In this document: piece by piece, positions 7,414 through 16,866 of the stretch
How positions within the stretch are numbered: position 1 is the first letter of the stretch
Layout of the letters: each line of letters starts with the position of its first letter
Assembly: GCA_965200345.1 (NCBI GenBank)
Contig: OZ241378.1
Location: 5,434,314-5,498,313, forward strand
Length of the DNA: 64,000 nucleotides
Source of the DNA: Candidatus Poribacteria bacterium
GTDB lineage: Bacteria; Poribacteria; WGA-4E; WGA-3G
Reading direction: 5' to 3'
Translations under genes and position numbers: made by a program
The notes under the pieces: generated by a model
What the model was told of the DNA's origin: nothing
The model's input: the letters and a program-made list of their open reading frames with translations, nothing else
Database searches by the model: none

Positions 7414-8261
7414 TTATCTCTCCTTCTTAACCATTGCGGAGACGGGATCCGTGGGATTGTCCTTCGCGGCTTTCTTCCAATCCTTTATCACACGTTTCAC
7501 TGTCTTCTCAATGGTGGAACGAGAGGGACCGAGTGCTTCTGTAATCTCCGAGAACGATTGTCTATCGAAGTACCGTTCCATAATTTTTCTGTCGTTCGCC
7601 TCTGGGAGGCAGTTTATCAACGCTTCTAAGTTGCGTGCGATAGGGAACAACCACTTGCGGACACGTTCCCATGTTTTCTGAACTGATCCAGAGTTCTGTT
7701 CCTTATCCGCTTCAGAGGTAGAGGTTATCACTTCTGCTATCTTTTTCGGCTTTAGCCCATCCAGTAGAAGGTCTACGATTTCTCGGTGCTGATCTTGGAG
7801 GAGACGGAAAAGTTGGGCTTCCAGAACCTCCTTTGCTTCGGCATCGGTTCCGGCGATCAGCGTTTCGCTTTCGCTGTTGGAAAGCGTGTTAAGCGGGACA
7901 ACTTCCAAGTGTCGCTTTTGGCGTGATTTTCTTATCGCGTCAATCATGAGATTTTCCGCGACTCTTTTCAACCACTCCAACAACTTCTCCGGTTCTTGGA
8001 TTTTTTCCGTTTCTTGACGGCTTTAATGAACGTGTCGCTGGTGATTACATCGGGATCTACGACGGTATCTGGATGATTCCATCGCCTTCTTTTAACTGTG
8101 TTGAAGACGGTTTCGTAATACGCGTTGAAGAGTAATCTACATCCCTCCTCTTCATCATCCGTTTCTACAAATCGCCGATTTAAACAAACATCGTTCACTT
8201 TTCTGACTACGCACCCCACCTCTTCGGAAATAAAGTTATGGCTGGCTTCATATATAATCAC
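7414..8261 (-). pseudogene. ECF-like sigma-70 family factor interrupted by a 1-nt frameshift in an A6 run
   Basis: ORF 7968..8261 carries region 2 (LLFNAYYETVFNTVKRR...DVITSDTFIKAVKK). ORF 7414..7983 continues it in another frame (..IQEPEKLLEWLKRVAENLMIDAIRKSRQ) and ends with the region 4 HTH (QSFSEITEALGPSRSTIEKTVKRV). The frames meet at GGAAAAAATCC (T-run 8001-8006 on the plus strand). One extra A would fuse them. Confidence 0.65.
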
Positions 8262-8608
8262 GAAAGTTTTGCTTAAATTCCGACACAGTATGTATTTTTT
8301 TTGAAGATAAAAAGGGAATTCGGTAATTTTCTGACATCTTGTACTCAGTTTGCGTAAGCTCTATTGTATTTCATGTAATGCGAAACAAAAATAGAGGCTT
8401 CATATTACTATAACGCGTATGTTAGGACGAAAGGTTGCATCAAATAAACATTTTGGAAGGAAATGTGTTTCTCTAAAGGAGCAAGGTTCGTAGTCGCGCG
8501 ATCTACAGAAGATAGGTGTATTGACAGACCAAAATTCGTGAAATCTGCGCAATCCACGTCATCCGCGATTCAGACACCTAAAAACTGAGTGCCGCTGGCA
8601 GTTTTGGC

Positions 8609-8637
8609 TTGCAAGCAACACTAAGAACTGCTATGAT
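8609..8637 (+). promoter_or_regulatory. Candidate sigma70 promoter of the NhaC-like transporter gene
   Basis: TTGCAA (8609-8614), 17 nt, TATGAT (8632-8637), about 45 nt upstream of ATG 8681. Confidence 0.35.
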
Positions 8638-8680
8638 GCACATAGGCGAGAACGGATAAATCTTACGAATTCAAAGGGAT

Positions 8681-10378
8681 ATGCCGAGGACGCTGATGAA
8701 TTCTAAATTAAAATATGCGATTGGTTTTTTAATTTTTTTCGGACTTTGCTTCATTTTTCAGTGGCGTGCAGGGCAGGTTAGCGATGCTGAAACGCTTGTC
8801 TGGTACAGCATCATCCCACCGCTGCTTGCTGTCACATTAGCGATCGTAACAACCCGATTGTTTCCGAGTCTCTGTATAGCAGTCGGTGTTGGACTTCTGC
8901 TCTCGTGGTATCAGAACGGTGCTACACCGAGCGGTTTCTTGGCAGAAACTGTCTGGTTCGTCCGTGCTGTGAGTGTCGGAAATGATGGGATAGATCTCTT
9001 CAATTTCTGGGTAGTGTTGTTTGTTTGCCTTATCATGGCGACGATCTCTGTTGTGATCGCCTCCGGGGGCATTGGCGGTGTGGTTGTCTGGCTCTCTCAG
9101 TTTGCGAAGGGGCCGCGTTCGGCGCAATTTATCACGGGTTTGATGGGGATCGTCATCTTTATTGGAGATTATTCCAATGCGATGCTCGTCGGACCGACAA
9201 TGCGTCCGCTCACCGACCACCATCGCGTCAGCCGTGAAAAATTGGCATTCCTTGTGGATTCGACAAGTGCCCCGATTGCCGGTCTCGCGTTTGTTAGCAC
9301 CTGGATCGGTTATGAAGTGGGACTCTTTGAAGATATATCGGGGACACTTGGGCTTGGGCGTGACGGGTATTCCATGTTTTTCGATGCCCTCAGTTTCCGG
9401 TTTTACTGTGTGTTGACCATCATTTTTGTTATCGTCAATGCGATCAGTGGCAGAGATTATGGAGCGATGCACCAAGCCGAGACGCGGGCGCGAGAGACAG
9501 GAGATATTGCTGCCCCGGATGCCGAAGCACTCGGACACGCCGGATCTTTTACCAGTCTACCCAACGCCGTTGTCCAACCCTTTTCGGCGGTTTTACCACT
9601 TTTAACGCTTTTTGGGTTGCTATTGGGTGGTTTTTGGATTGATGGCAACGGTACGGGGTCTATTCTGTCGCTAACATCTTGGCGGAACGCGCTTTCAGAG
9701 GCGAACAATGTGATGGTGCTTGCTTGTGCGGCAGCAAGTGCATTTGTCGTCGCGATCATCTGTGCACGTTGGCTCTCAAAGTTACGATTTTCGGAGATCG
9801 CGCCGGTCGTTTGGAACGGTATAAAGGGGAGCCTCACACCGTTGAGCATTCTGTTATTGGCGTGGGGGCTGAAAGCGAGTTGTGATAGACTCATGACAGG
9901 CGATTTTCTGGCTACGATGCTCAGTGATGTTGTATCGCCACTCTGGTTTCCGATCTTCGTCTTTATCTGCGCATCTGTGACCTCTTTTGCGACCGGTACG
10001 AGTTGGGGCACGATGGCGATCCTGATTCCGACTGCGATTCCAGTGGCGTTTTCGCTTGATGGCGGTAGTTATGGACTCACGACAATCATTTGCCTCGGTG
10101 CGGTGCTGGATGGTGCCATCTTTGGAGATCACTGCTCGCCGCTTTCGGATACAACGATTTTGAGTTCTATCGCCAGCAGTTGCGACCCGCTGCACCATGT
10201 GCGAACCCAATTGCCCTATAGCCTTACTGTCGCAAGTATTGCGCTGTTTTGCGGTTATCTTCCTGCCGCGCTTGGTATCTCTTCAGCAGTCGGGATTGCA
10301 TGTGGGACAGCCGTAATTGTTTTGCTGTTTTATGCGGTTGCAGGCTTTCGTAAAATTCAAGAAAGGAAAATGCTATGA
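8681..10378 (+). CDS. NhaC-family Na+/H+ antiporter-like membrane transporter
   Basis: 565 aa polytopic membrane protein. YSNAMLVGPTMRPLTDHHRVSREKLAFLVDSTSAPIAGL is typical of the NhaC-type antiporter C-terminal domain. Long antisense ORFs in the track are shadows. Confidence 0.6.
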   Translation: MPRTLMNSKLKYAIGFLIFFGLCFIFQWRAGQVSDAETLVWYSIIPPLLAVTLAIVTTRLFPSLCIAVGVGLLLSWYQNGATPSGFLAETVWFVRAVSVGNDGIDLFNFWVVLFVCLIMATISVVIASGGIGGVVVWLSQFAKGPRSAQFITGLMGIVIFIGDYSNAMLVGPTMRPLTDHHRVSREKLAFLVDSTSAPIAGLAFVSTWIGYEVGLFEDISGTLGLGRDGYSMFFDALSFRFYCVLTIIFVIVNAISGRDYGAMHQAETRARETGDIAAPDAEALGHAGSFTSLPNAVVQPFSAVLPLLTLFGLLLGGFWIDGNGTGSILSLTSWRNALSEANNVMVLACAAASAFVVAIICARWLSKLRFSEIAPVVWNGIKGSLTPLSILLLAWGLKASCDRLMTGDFLATMLSDVVSPLWFPIFVFICASVTSFATGTSWGTMAILIPTAIPVAFSLDGGSYGLTTIICLGAVLDGAIFGDHCSPLSDTTILSSIASSCDPLHHVRTQLPYSLTVASIALFCGYLPAALGISSAVGIACGTAVIVLLFYAVAGFRKIQERKML

Positions 10379-11193
10379 AGGTGGCACTTGAAGGAAAGGT
10401 AGCAGTTGTTACGGGTGGTGCGAATGGCATCGGTCGCGCGATTGTAGATCAGTTAATAGATAATGGTGCTTCTGTGGCAATTGTTGATATTGATGTAGAG
10501 GCAGGTAAGGAAACCGTCAAAGAAATTCAGCAAAGCGGTCGGACAGGTCTGTTTGTGGAAGGCGATGTGTCAGACGCAGCGCAGATGGAGATTGTTGCCG
10601 ACCGGATTGCGGGACACTTTGGCAAAATTGAGATTCTGGTGAACAACGCTGGCATAAACACCAAGAGCGATAGGGTACCGATTCATCAGTATACCTTAGC
10701 GGATTGGCATCGTATTTTGCAGATAGACCTCACGGGTGTTTTCACAACGAGTCGTGCTGTTATCCCATATATCCTTAAATCTCATAGCAGGTCTGGCTCA
10801 GAGAATGCGACTGGCCGGATTGTTAACATCAGTTCTATTGCCGGGTTGGTGCCGTTGCGCTTACAGAGTGCCTACGTCGCTGCGAAGGCGGGGGTTGCGA
10901 ATCTGACACGTTCAATGGCATTGGAACTCGGACCGGAAGGAATTCTGGTAAATGCTGTCGCACCGGGTTCGACCTTGACCCGCGGTACGGAGGCACTCTT
11001 CTATGGAGATGACGGGGCCTATACAGAAAACGCTGCCAGCTTGTTATCGCACATTCCGCTTGGGAGACCGGGAAAAACGACGGAGATCGCGGCAGCGGTG
11101 CTCTTTCTCGTTTCGCCGGATGCGAGTTATATCAACGGTAGTGTTCTCGCAGTGGACGGTGGTTGGACTGCTGGCTATACGCGGGATTGGTAG
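10375..11193 (+). CDS. Short-chain dehydrogenase/reductase (SDR)
   Basis: GKVAVVTGGANGIGRAI (TGxxxGIG), NNAG and the S...YxxxK (YVAAK) catalytic motif. ATGA start/stop overlap with the upstream gene. Confidence 0.85.
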   Translation: MKVALEGKVAVVTGGANGIGRAIVDQLIDNGASVAIVDIDVEAGKETVKEIQQSGRTGLFVEGDVSDAAQMEIVADRIAGHFGKIEILVNNAGINTKSDRVPIHQYTLADWHRILQIDLTGVFTTSRAVIPYILKSHSRSGSENATGRIVNISSIAGLVPLRLQSAYVAAKAGVANLTRSMALELGPEGILVNAVAPGSTLTRGTEALFYGDDGAYTENAASLLSHIPLGRPGKTTEIAAAVLFLVSPDASYINGSVLAVDGGWTAGYTRDW

Positions 11194-11210
11194 ATGTGAC
11201 GGTACAAGAT

Positions 11211-11449
11211 GTGGGCCTCGTTACTGGTTTAACGGCACGCGGAGCGTGTCTACTACTATTATGTATTGTCTAACGGCACGCGGAGCGTGTCTACTACTAT
11301 TATGTATTGTCTAACGGCACACGGAGCGTGTTTCGTTACTGGTTTAACGGCACGCGGAGCGTGTCTACTACTATTATGTATTGTCTAACGGCACCTGGAG
11401 CGTGTTTCGTTACTGGTTTAACGGCACGCGGAGCGTGCCTACTACTTTT
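11211..11449. repeat. Intergenic array of six 18-bp repeats (AACGGCACGCGGAGCGTG) with two alternating spacer types
   Basis: Repeat copies at 11231, 11272, 11313, 11346, 11387 and 11420 (spacing 41, 41, 33, 41, 33 bp). Each contains CACGC-GGA-GCGTG. Spacers are either tctactactattatgtattgtct or tttcgttactggttt. Confidence 0.85.
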
Positions 11450-11460
11450 AGGAGATGAAA

Positions 11461-11877
11461 ATGGCAAAGATTACTACGTTTAAAGGGTATCAAGGGGAAC
11501 CGCCTATTCCGAAACCGGCGCATCAGGTGCAAGCGAATGTTGTCACAGTTCAGGACGGGGTGCCTGTAAGGTACTCGGGTTGTGATGGTATTGGTGTGCG
11601 TGTCGTGCATCCAGCGAACCCGAACGCGCCTGCAGAGAACTTAGGCCTCGTCGTGTTTTTTGTGCCGCCACATGTTGTGCTTGAGCCGGGGAGCCATCAC
11701 ACCGAGGAATGCTACGTCATCCTAAAAGGGAAAGGCGTGATGACGCTTGCTGGGGAAAAGGTGCCTGTTGAGGCGGGGATGTTCATCCATCTCCCGCCAT
11801 GGTGTGAGCACGGTATTGAAAATACAGGTGATGAATCGATGGAGGTGCTAATCTGTACGTCTCCACCAAACCCATAA
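11461..11877 (+). CDS. Cupin-domain protein
   Basis: PGSHHTEECYVILKGKGVMTLAGEKVPVEAGMFIHLPPWCEHGIENTG matches the two cupin motifs (G.H.H...E... / G....P....H...N). Start set at the second ATG, 6 nt after AGGAG. Confidence 0.7.
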   Translation: MAKITTFKGYQGEPPIPKPAHQVQANVVTVQDGVPVRYSGCDGIGVRVVHPANPNAPAENLGLVVFFVPPHVVLEPGSHHTEECYVILKGKGVMTLAGEKVPVEAGMFIHLPPWCEHGIENTGDESMEVLICTSPPNP

Positions 11878-11908
11878 ATCAACTCTAACAAGATCGGTTT
11901 TTGCGTTC

Positions 11909-11960
11909 AAATGCCTGATTTGCGGGTGACTCGTACCTGCTTTCAGGCATTTTCCATTTT
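11909..11960 (+). terminator. Candidate intrinsic terminator after the cupin gene
   Basis: Inverted repeat AAATGCCTGA (11909-11918) / TCAGGCATTT (11943-11952) followed by TCCATTTTT. The loop is long (24 nt), so this is weak. Confidence 0.3.
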
Positions 11961-12195
11961 TAATTCAACTTTTTCGCCAGATTTTCGTTAAATAAAGTAT
12001 CTTAACCTAAGTTGCCACCTTATGTTAAATAAACAAGAAATGTAGGGGCAGGACACGATAGGATACCAGAATTAGAGGGAATTTCTTGTATTTTTAATCA
12101 AAAAGGGTAGATGCCTGTCTGAAATATTGTAAGTAGCAATTTGGGTGATCTTAAGTGTTTAGATACCACACGTTTAACCTGTGGGGGATTGATGT

Positions 12196-14649
12196 ATGCG
12201 CGATTCGATGGGCGGTTTTGACAGTGGAAGATCATCTCGGAGACGACGGTCAAGTTCTTATAGTAATGGCGGCGGACGCCTACGGAAGTTAGACCATGAC
12301 CCCTTGTCGACAACGGAAGAGGTGCCTGAACTTTTAAAAGAACAGGCAGAGGCACGGCTTGAAGCAGGTGAAGAGATCAAGGTTTCTGTTTCGACGGATC
12401 TACGCTTTGATGGTACCTACGGCAAGGATTGGCTGTTAGTTACCAATAGGCGGCTCATCGCTTTTAATCAGAATGGTGCTATGGGGCACCATATGCGCGA
12501 AGTGCCTCTTACGTCCGTTGAAGATATCGAAATCCTTGAGATGTACGGGAATAACATTCTTAAGGTAAGTACCGCAGACAACGCTTTTGAAGTGTCGCGT
12601 TACTCAAAGCGGTTAATCCCGAAGTTCAATCTTGTTGTTTCCGAGTTGGAGGAATTAGTTCCACAGAAGGAAAGGGACGCAGATGGAAGACCGCGCGGCA
12701 GGCGTGGACGCGGTCCTGGTGGCAAGGATAAAGGTCGATGTGAGAAGTGTGACCAACCTATTCCCAGTTGGTCAGGGGTTTGTGTCAATTGCGTTCAAAA
12801 TGGGAAACTCATCTTCCGACTTATTAAGTACTCTGTTCCGCTTTTACACGTCGTTGTGCCGGCCTTCCTGTTGATGATGGTCATCCGGTTTGTCGCGGTC
12901 TACCCGCCGATCCTTGGTAAAGAGTTGATTGACAATATTCTGAAACGGGTGGACAGTACTGGTGCTGCCGGGCAGCTGCTTCCCGAAACGACGTGGGGGC
13001 ACCTCCAAGGGACAGTCAATTTTTTGAGCGGGTGGTTTGACAGCATACCGGCTGCTGGCACTTTTGGGCATCTGATAGGGCTTGTTCTGATTATGGTGGG
13101 TGTTTCGGTGTTTACCATGATAACTTCATCCGTGCGTGGCTATATGATGGCCTGGGTGGGTCAGAATATCACGAGACGGCTCCAAAACGAGACGTATGAG
13201 CATTTGAACGCGCTCTCCATTGATTTCTTTCATGAACGGGATACCGGGAACCTAATGTCGCGGATCACGCACGATGTGTCAAGGCTTCGGGACTTCATCG
13301 CAAATGGGTTGCAAGATATAGTCGGTGATTCTCTCACGATCATCTTTATGTGCGCGATTATGGTCCATTACAACTGGAAACTTGCGCTCTGGACATTGAT
13401 ACCTATTCCGTGTCTTATCTTCTTCACAATCTTTTTTGGCAAAAAGATGAGCAAGGTATACCACGTTTTATGGAAACGGTATGCGAACATTAGTACGATT
13501 CTGGCGAGCACCATTCCAGGAGTCCGCGTTGTCAAGGCATTTGCCCGCGAACGCTATGAAATAAACCGGTTTAGTGATTTGACCTATCAGGTATTTAGCG
13601 GTGAGTTGAACGCTGCGAAACTTGGGACGCTTTACCGCCCAATTATGGAGTTTATCGTCTTTACGGGACATACCATCATCTGGTTAGTCGGTGGATGGCA
13701 GATTTTCCAAGGTGATTTGTCCCTTGGCACTCTAATTATGTTTCAATCCTATATGATGGGATTCATCAGACCTGTGCATACGCTCTGTCAGATGAACGAG
13801 CGATTTATCCGAGCAGGTACTTCCGCCGAGCGGGTGTTTGAAATTATGGATACACCACCGAGCGTCGCTGATAAAGCGGATGCGGTGGCTCTTGGGAATA
13901 TTCGCGGTGCTGTGGAATTTAGAGATGTCTATTTCTCCTATGATAACGAGAAAAATGCGCTCAACGGTGTCAGCTTTGAGGTGGAACCCGGTGAGATGAT
14001 AGGGTTGGTTGGACACAGCGGGGCGGGGAAAAGTACGCTCATCAACCTAATCACCCGTTTCTACGACCCAAACGATGGGACAATCATGATTGACGGTCAT
14101 GACAGTCGCGACATTCGGGTAAAGGCGTTACGGCAACAGGTCGGCGTAGTTTTACAGGACCCATTCCTATTCCAAGGCACCATCGCCGAAAATATCGGTT
14201 ACTCGAAACCAGGGGCATCTCGGCATGAGATTATTGCAGCCGCGAGAGCTGCAAATGCCCACGATTTTATTATCAAGTTCCCTGACGGTTATGATACGAT
14301 GGTAGGCGAAAGAGGGGCAAGGGTCTCTGGTGGTGAGCGGCAACGTATCTCGATCGCACGCGCAATTCTAAAAAATCCGCGCGTCCTTATCTTAGACGAA
14401 GCGACCTCTTCCGTTGATACGGAAACGGAATCCAAAATCCAAGAGGCGTTGGAACGGCTCGTTCAAGGCAGAACTGTGTTTGCTATTGCGCACAGGCTGT
14501 CAACCCTTAAATATGCTGACCGCCTTGTCGTGCTGAAAGAGGGGACAGTTGACGAAATCGGGACGCATGAGGAGCTGCTTGCTAAAACGGGGACTTACGC
14601 GGGGCTGTGTGAGAAACAGACTGAACTATCGAAAATTCGCGCATGGTGA
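12196..14649 (+). CDS. ABC exporter (fused permease + ATPase, MsbA-like) with N-terminal bacterial PH-like domain and zinc ribbon
   Basis: 817 aa. N-terminus WLLVTNRRLIAFNQNG...ILKVSTADNAFEVSRYSK (bPH/GRAM-like), then CEKCDQPIPSWSGVCVNC, six TM helices, Walker A GHSGAGKST, signature VSGGERQR and Walker B LILDEATS. Confidence 0.85.
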   Translation: MRDSMGGFDSGRSSRRRRSSSYSNGGGRLRKLDHDPLSTTEEVPELLKEQAEARLEAGEEIKVSVSTDLRFDGTYGKDWLLVTNRRLIAFNQNGAMGHHMREVPLTSVEDIEILEMYGNNILKVSTADNAFEVSRYSKRLIPKFNLVVSELEELVPQKERDADGRPRGRRGRGPGGKDKGRCEKCDQPIPSWSGVCVNCVQNGKLIFRLIKYSVPLLHVVVPAFLLMMVIRFVAVYPPILGKELIDNILKRVDSTGAAGQLLPETTWGHLQGTVNFLSGWFDSIPAAGTFGHLIGLVLIMVGVSVFTMITSSVRGYMMAWVGQNITRRLQNETYEHLNALSIDFFHERDTGNLMSRITHDVSRLRDFIANGLQDIVGDSLTIIFMCAIMVHYNWKLALWTLIPIPCLIFFTIFFGKKMSKVYHVLWKRYANISTILASTIPGVRVVKAFARERYEINRFSDLTYQVFSGELNAAKLGTLYRPIMEFIVFTGHTIIWLVGGWQIFQGDLSLGTLIMFQSYMMGFIRPVHTLCQMNERFIRAGTSAERVFEIMDTPPSVADKADAVALGNIRGAVEFRDVYFSYDNEKNALNGVSFEVEPGEMIGLVGHSGAGKSTLINLITRFYDPNDGTIMIDGHDSRDIRVKALRQQVGVVLQDPFLFQGTIAENIGYSKPGASRHEIIAAARAANAHDFIIKFPDGYDTMVGERGARVSGGERQRISIARAILKNPRVLILDEATSSVDTETESKIQEALERLVQGRTVFAIAHRLSTLKYADRLVVLKEGTVDEIGTHEELLAKTGTYAGLCEKQTELSKIRAW

Positions 14650-14676
14650 TTTGACCATTGCAGAAGGGGGGCGTTG

Positions 14677-15186
14677 ATGAAGGAAGCGATTAAGGTAACA
14701 GATGAATTAGAGTTTCTTGATGCGAGGCATGTTAGAATTGACCGGAACGCATTTGAAGAACTCGTTGTCCAACTTCCGGATGGAACAACCCACACTAAGG
14801 TTGAGCCGATCTGTGCTTTTCCTGTCAGCGAGACGAGCCGATATATTTCCCTCGTAGATGAAGAATCTAATGAAATCGGAATTATTGAGGATATAAAGCA
14901 TCTCCCAAGTGCCTCCCGCGAGGTGCTTGTTGAGGAGTTACAGAAACGGTACTTTATGCCGAAGATTACCAAGATTCATGAGTTGGATGGACAATTCGGG
15001 ATTACGCAGTGGGTGGTTGAAACCTCTCAGGGTGATGTGGAGTTCGGTTTGCGTACCCGATACGATATTGTCACGCTTGAAAACGGACGCGTCCTGATTA
15101 AGGATGCGGACGGTAACCGGTATGAAATTGAGAATTACCATAAGTTGGACCCGAAAAGTCTCGCGCTACTTGAAACCCAATTGTAA
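14677..15186 (+). CDS. DUF1854-like protein (ABC-exporter partner)
   Basis: 170 aa. ...PICAFPVSETSRYISLVDEESNEIGIIEDIKHLPSASREVLVEELQKRYFMPKITKI...WVVETSQGDVEFGL...GRVLIKDADGNRYEIENYHKLDPKS matches my memory of the DUF1854 family that follows such ABC genes. GGGGGG RBS upstream. Confidence 0.55.
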   Translation: MKEAIKVTDELEFLDARHVRIDRNAFEELVVQLPDGTTHTKVEPICAFPVSETSRYISLVDEESNEIGIIEDIKHLPSASREVLVEELQKRYFMPKITKIHELDGQFGITQWVVETSQGDVEFGLRTRYDIVTLENGRVLIKDADGNRYEIENYHKLDPKSLALLETQL

Positions 15187-15459
15187 ATTTTTAAATATTG
15201 GGTTTCTGCTCCGCTTGCGCCGTTGTTGCAAGCGGGCACCTGATGCGTTTCAACGTTCCTAATTCTAATTATAGTAAAGTTTAGAATTAATAGGACACTC
15301 TGCGCCGGTTCGGTTAGGAAACCGAACCTACCGGGGGATGAAAGTGTCTCTTTATTTTTCGGATTCACTATAATCTATCAGAACTGTAGCTCGTAATGAA
15401 ATGGAGAGAGACTTTCAAACCTCAAATCCACCTAACCGAACCGCAAGGAAAGATAAAAA

Positions 15460-16584
15460 ATGGAAAATGTAAGAATTGAACGTATTGAATGGGCACGCTT
15501 AACAGGCGAGCGTCCGCGGAAAGCCGGTTGTAATTCTCGGTTGGGTGAACACGGACTACATGTCCGTCCGCCTATCGCTCGGTTGACAACAACGGATGGT
15601 GTGAGCGGCTTTGGATTTTCATCGATTTCACGTGAAAAAGCGGAGGCTATTGTCGGGTTTCAGCTCGGCGATGCGTTTGACGCAGAGAGTGGTGTCACCG
15701 AAGAATTCAGGATGTTGGAGTATCCGCTTTGGGATTTGGTGGGACAGTTAGCGCAAAAACCGGTGTATGCGCTCCTTTCCGGACAGAACGGTGCGTTTCG
15801 CGTCCCGTGTTATGACACCTCGCTCTATATTGATGATCTACATCTTGAGGATAACGCTGAAGCCGCGGCACTTATCGCTTCCGAGGCATTGGAGGGAAAG
15901 GCACGCGGACATAACGCCTATAAGATCAAAGTAGGTCGTGGTGCGATGCACATGCCTCTTGACAAAGGGACGCAGCGGGATATTGATGTTATCTGTGCTG
16001 TACGTGAGGCTGTTGGCCCCGATGCTACGATATTGATAGATGCAAACAACGGATATAACCTTAACCTTACCAAACAGGTATTAGGTGGGGCTGCGGATGC
16101 AAAAGTTTATTGGATGGAAGAGGCGTTCCACGAGGATGCTCGTGTTTATAGTCTCCTGAAAGAGTGGCTAAATGCCGAAGGTTTGGAAACCCGTATTGCG
16201 GATGGCGAGGGTGGGGCATCACCGCACCTTGTGAATTGGGCAAAAGATGGACTCATTGACATCGTCCAATACGATATTTTTCACCCTGGCTTCTCACGCT
16301 GGCTTGAGTTGGGACCTGAATTAGATGCATCCGGCGTTGGCACGGCACCGCATCACTATGGCGGCTACTACGGCAATTTCGTCACCTGTCACCTTGCAGC
16401 GAAGGTGGAACGGTTTGAGTTCACCGAGTGGGATCATGCGACGACGCCGGGTATAGATGATTCCGATTACTCCGTATCCAACGGTTATGTAAATGTGCCA
16501 CAAAGTCCTGGTTTCGGATTGAATATAGAGGAAGGCCCTTACCAAAACGCGCGTGAAGAGAATGGATTTGATGTTCGGGCGTAG
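15460..16584 (+). CDS. Enolase-superfamily (mandelate racemase/muconate lactonizing enzyme-like) protein
   Basis: 374 aa. YKIKVG, IDANNGY, WMEEA, ADGEG and DIVQYD match the metal-ligand/TIM-barrel pattern of the MR subgroup. Confidence 0.7.
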   Translation: MENVRIERIEWARLTGERPRKAGCNSRLGEHGLHVRPPIARLTTTDGVSGFGFSSISREKAEAIVGFQLGDAFDAESGVTEEFRMLEYPLWDLVGQLAQKPVYALLSGQNGAFRVPCYDTSLYIDDLHLEDNAEAAALIASEALEGKARGHNAYKIKVGRGAMHMPLDKGTQRDIDVICAVREAVGPDATILIDANNGYNLNLTKQVLGGAADAKVYWMEEAFHEDARVYSLLKEWLNAEGLETRIADGEGGASPHLVNWAKDGLIDIVQYDIFHPGFSRWLELGPELDASGVGTAPHHYGGYYGNFVTCHLAAKVERFEFTEWDHATTPGIDDSDYSVSNGYVNVPQSPGFGLNIEEGPYQNAREENGFDVRA

Positions 16585-16866
16585 TAATAATTGATACCGC
16601 CGCGTCGCACAAGCATCGTGCTTTTCACAATGTCGAGTCGGAGTAGGTTTCGGCAGTTGGAGGTCAATTGATGCGCTGGAAGGCATTTTTTAAAACGATG
16701 TTTAGTTGGCGCAAGTTGTCGGTATTTTCGGAATTCCCGGTGGAATCCCTTATATTCTATGTTGGTGCGACGGCAGTGGTGATTCTGATTAAGCAGTGTT
16801 AAGCCTGATTGGGTAAATTTTTTCTAAACGTGGTAGATTGCAAAAGACTACAAGGGAAAGAAAATT

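Noticed and set aside
8837-10210. Long minus-strand ORFs (233, 184 and 118 aa) inside the NhaC-like gene
   Set aside because: These are antisense shadows of a GC-skewed membrane-protein gene. They are Arg/Ser/Pro-rich with no motifs.
11211-11449. Possible CRISPR array (regularly spaced repeats)
   Set aside because: The repeats are only 18 bp. The spacers are themselves two recurring sequences of 23 and 15 bp rather than unique ones. There are no cas genes and no leader. It is reported as a tandem composite repeat instead.
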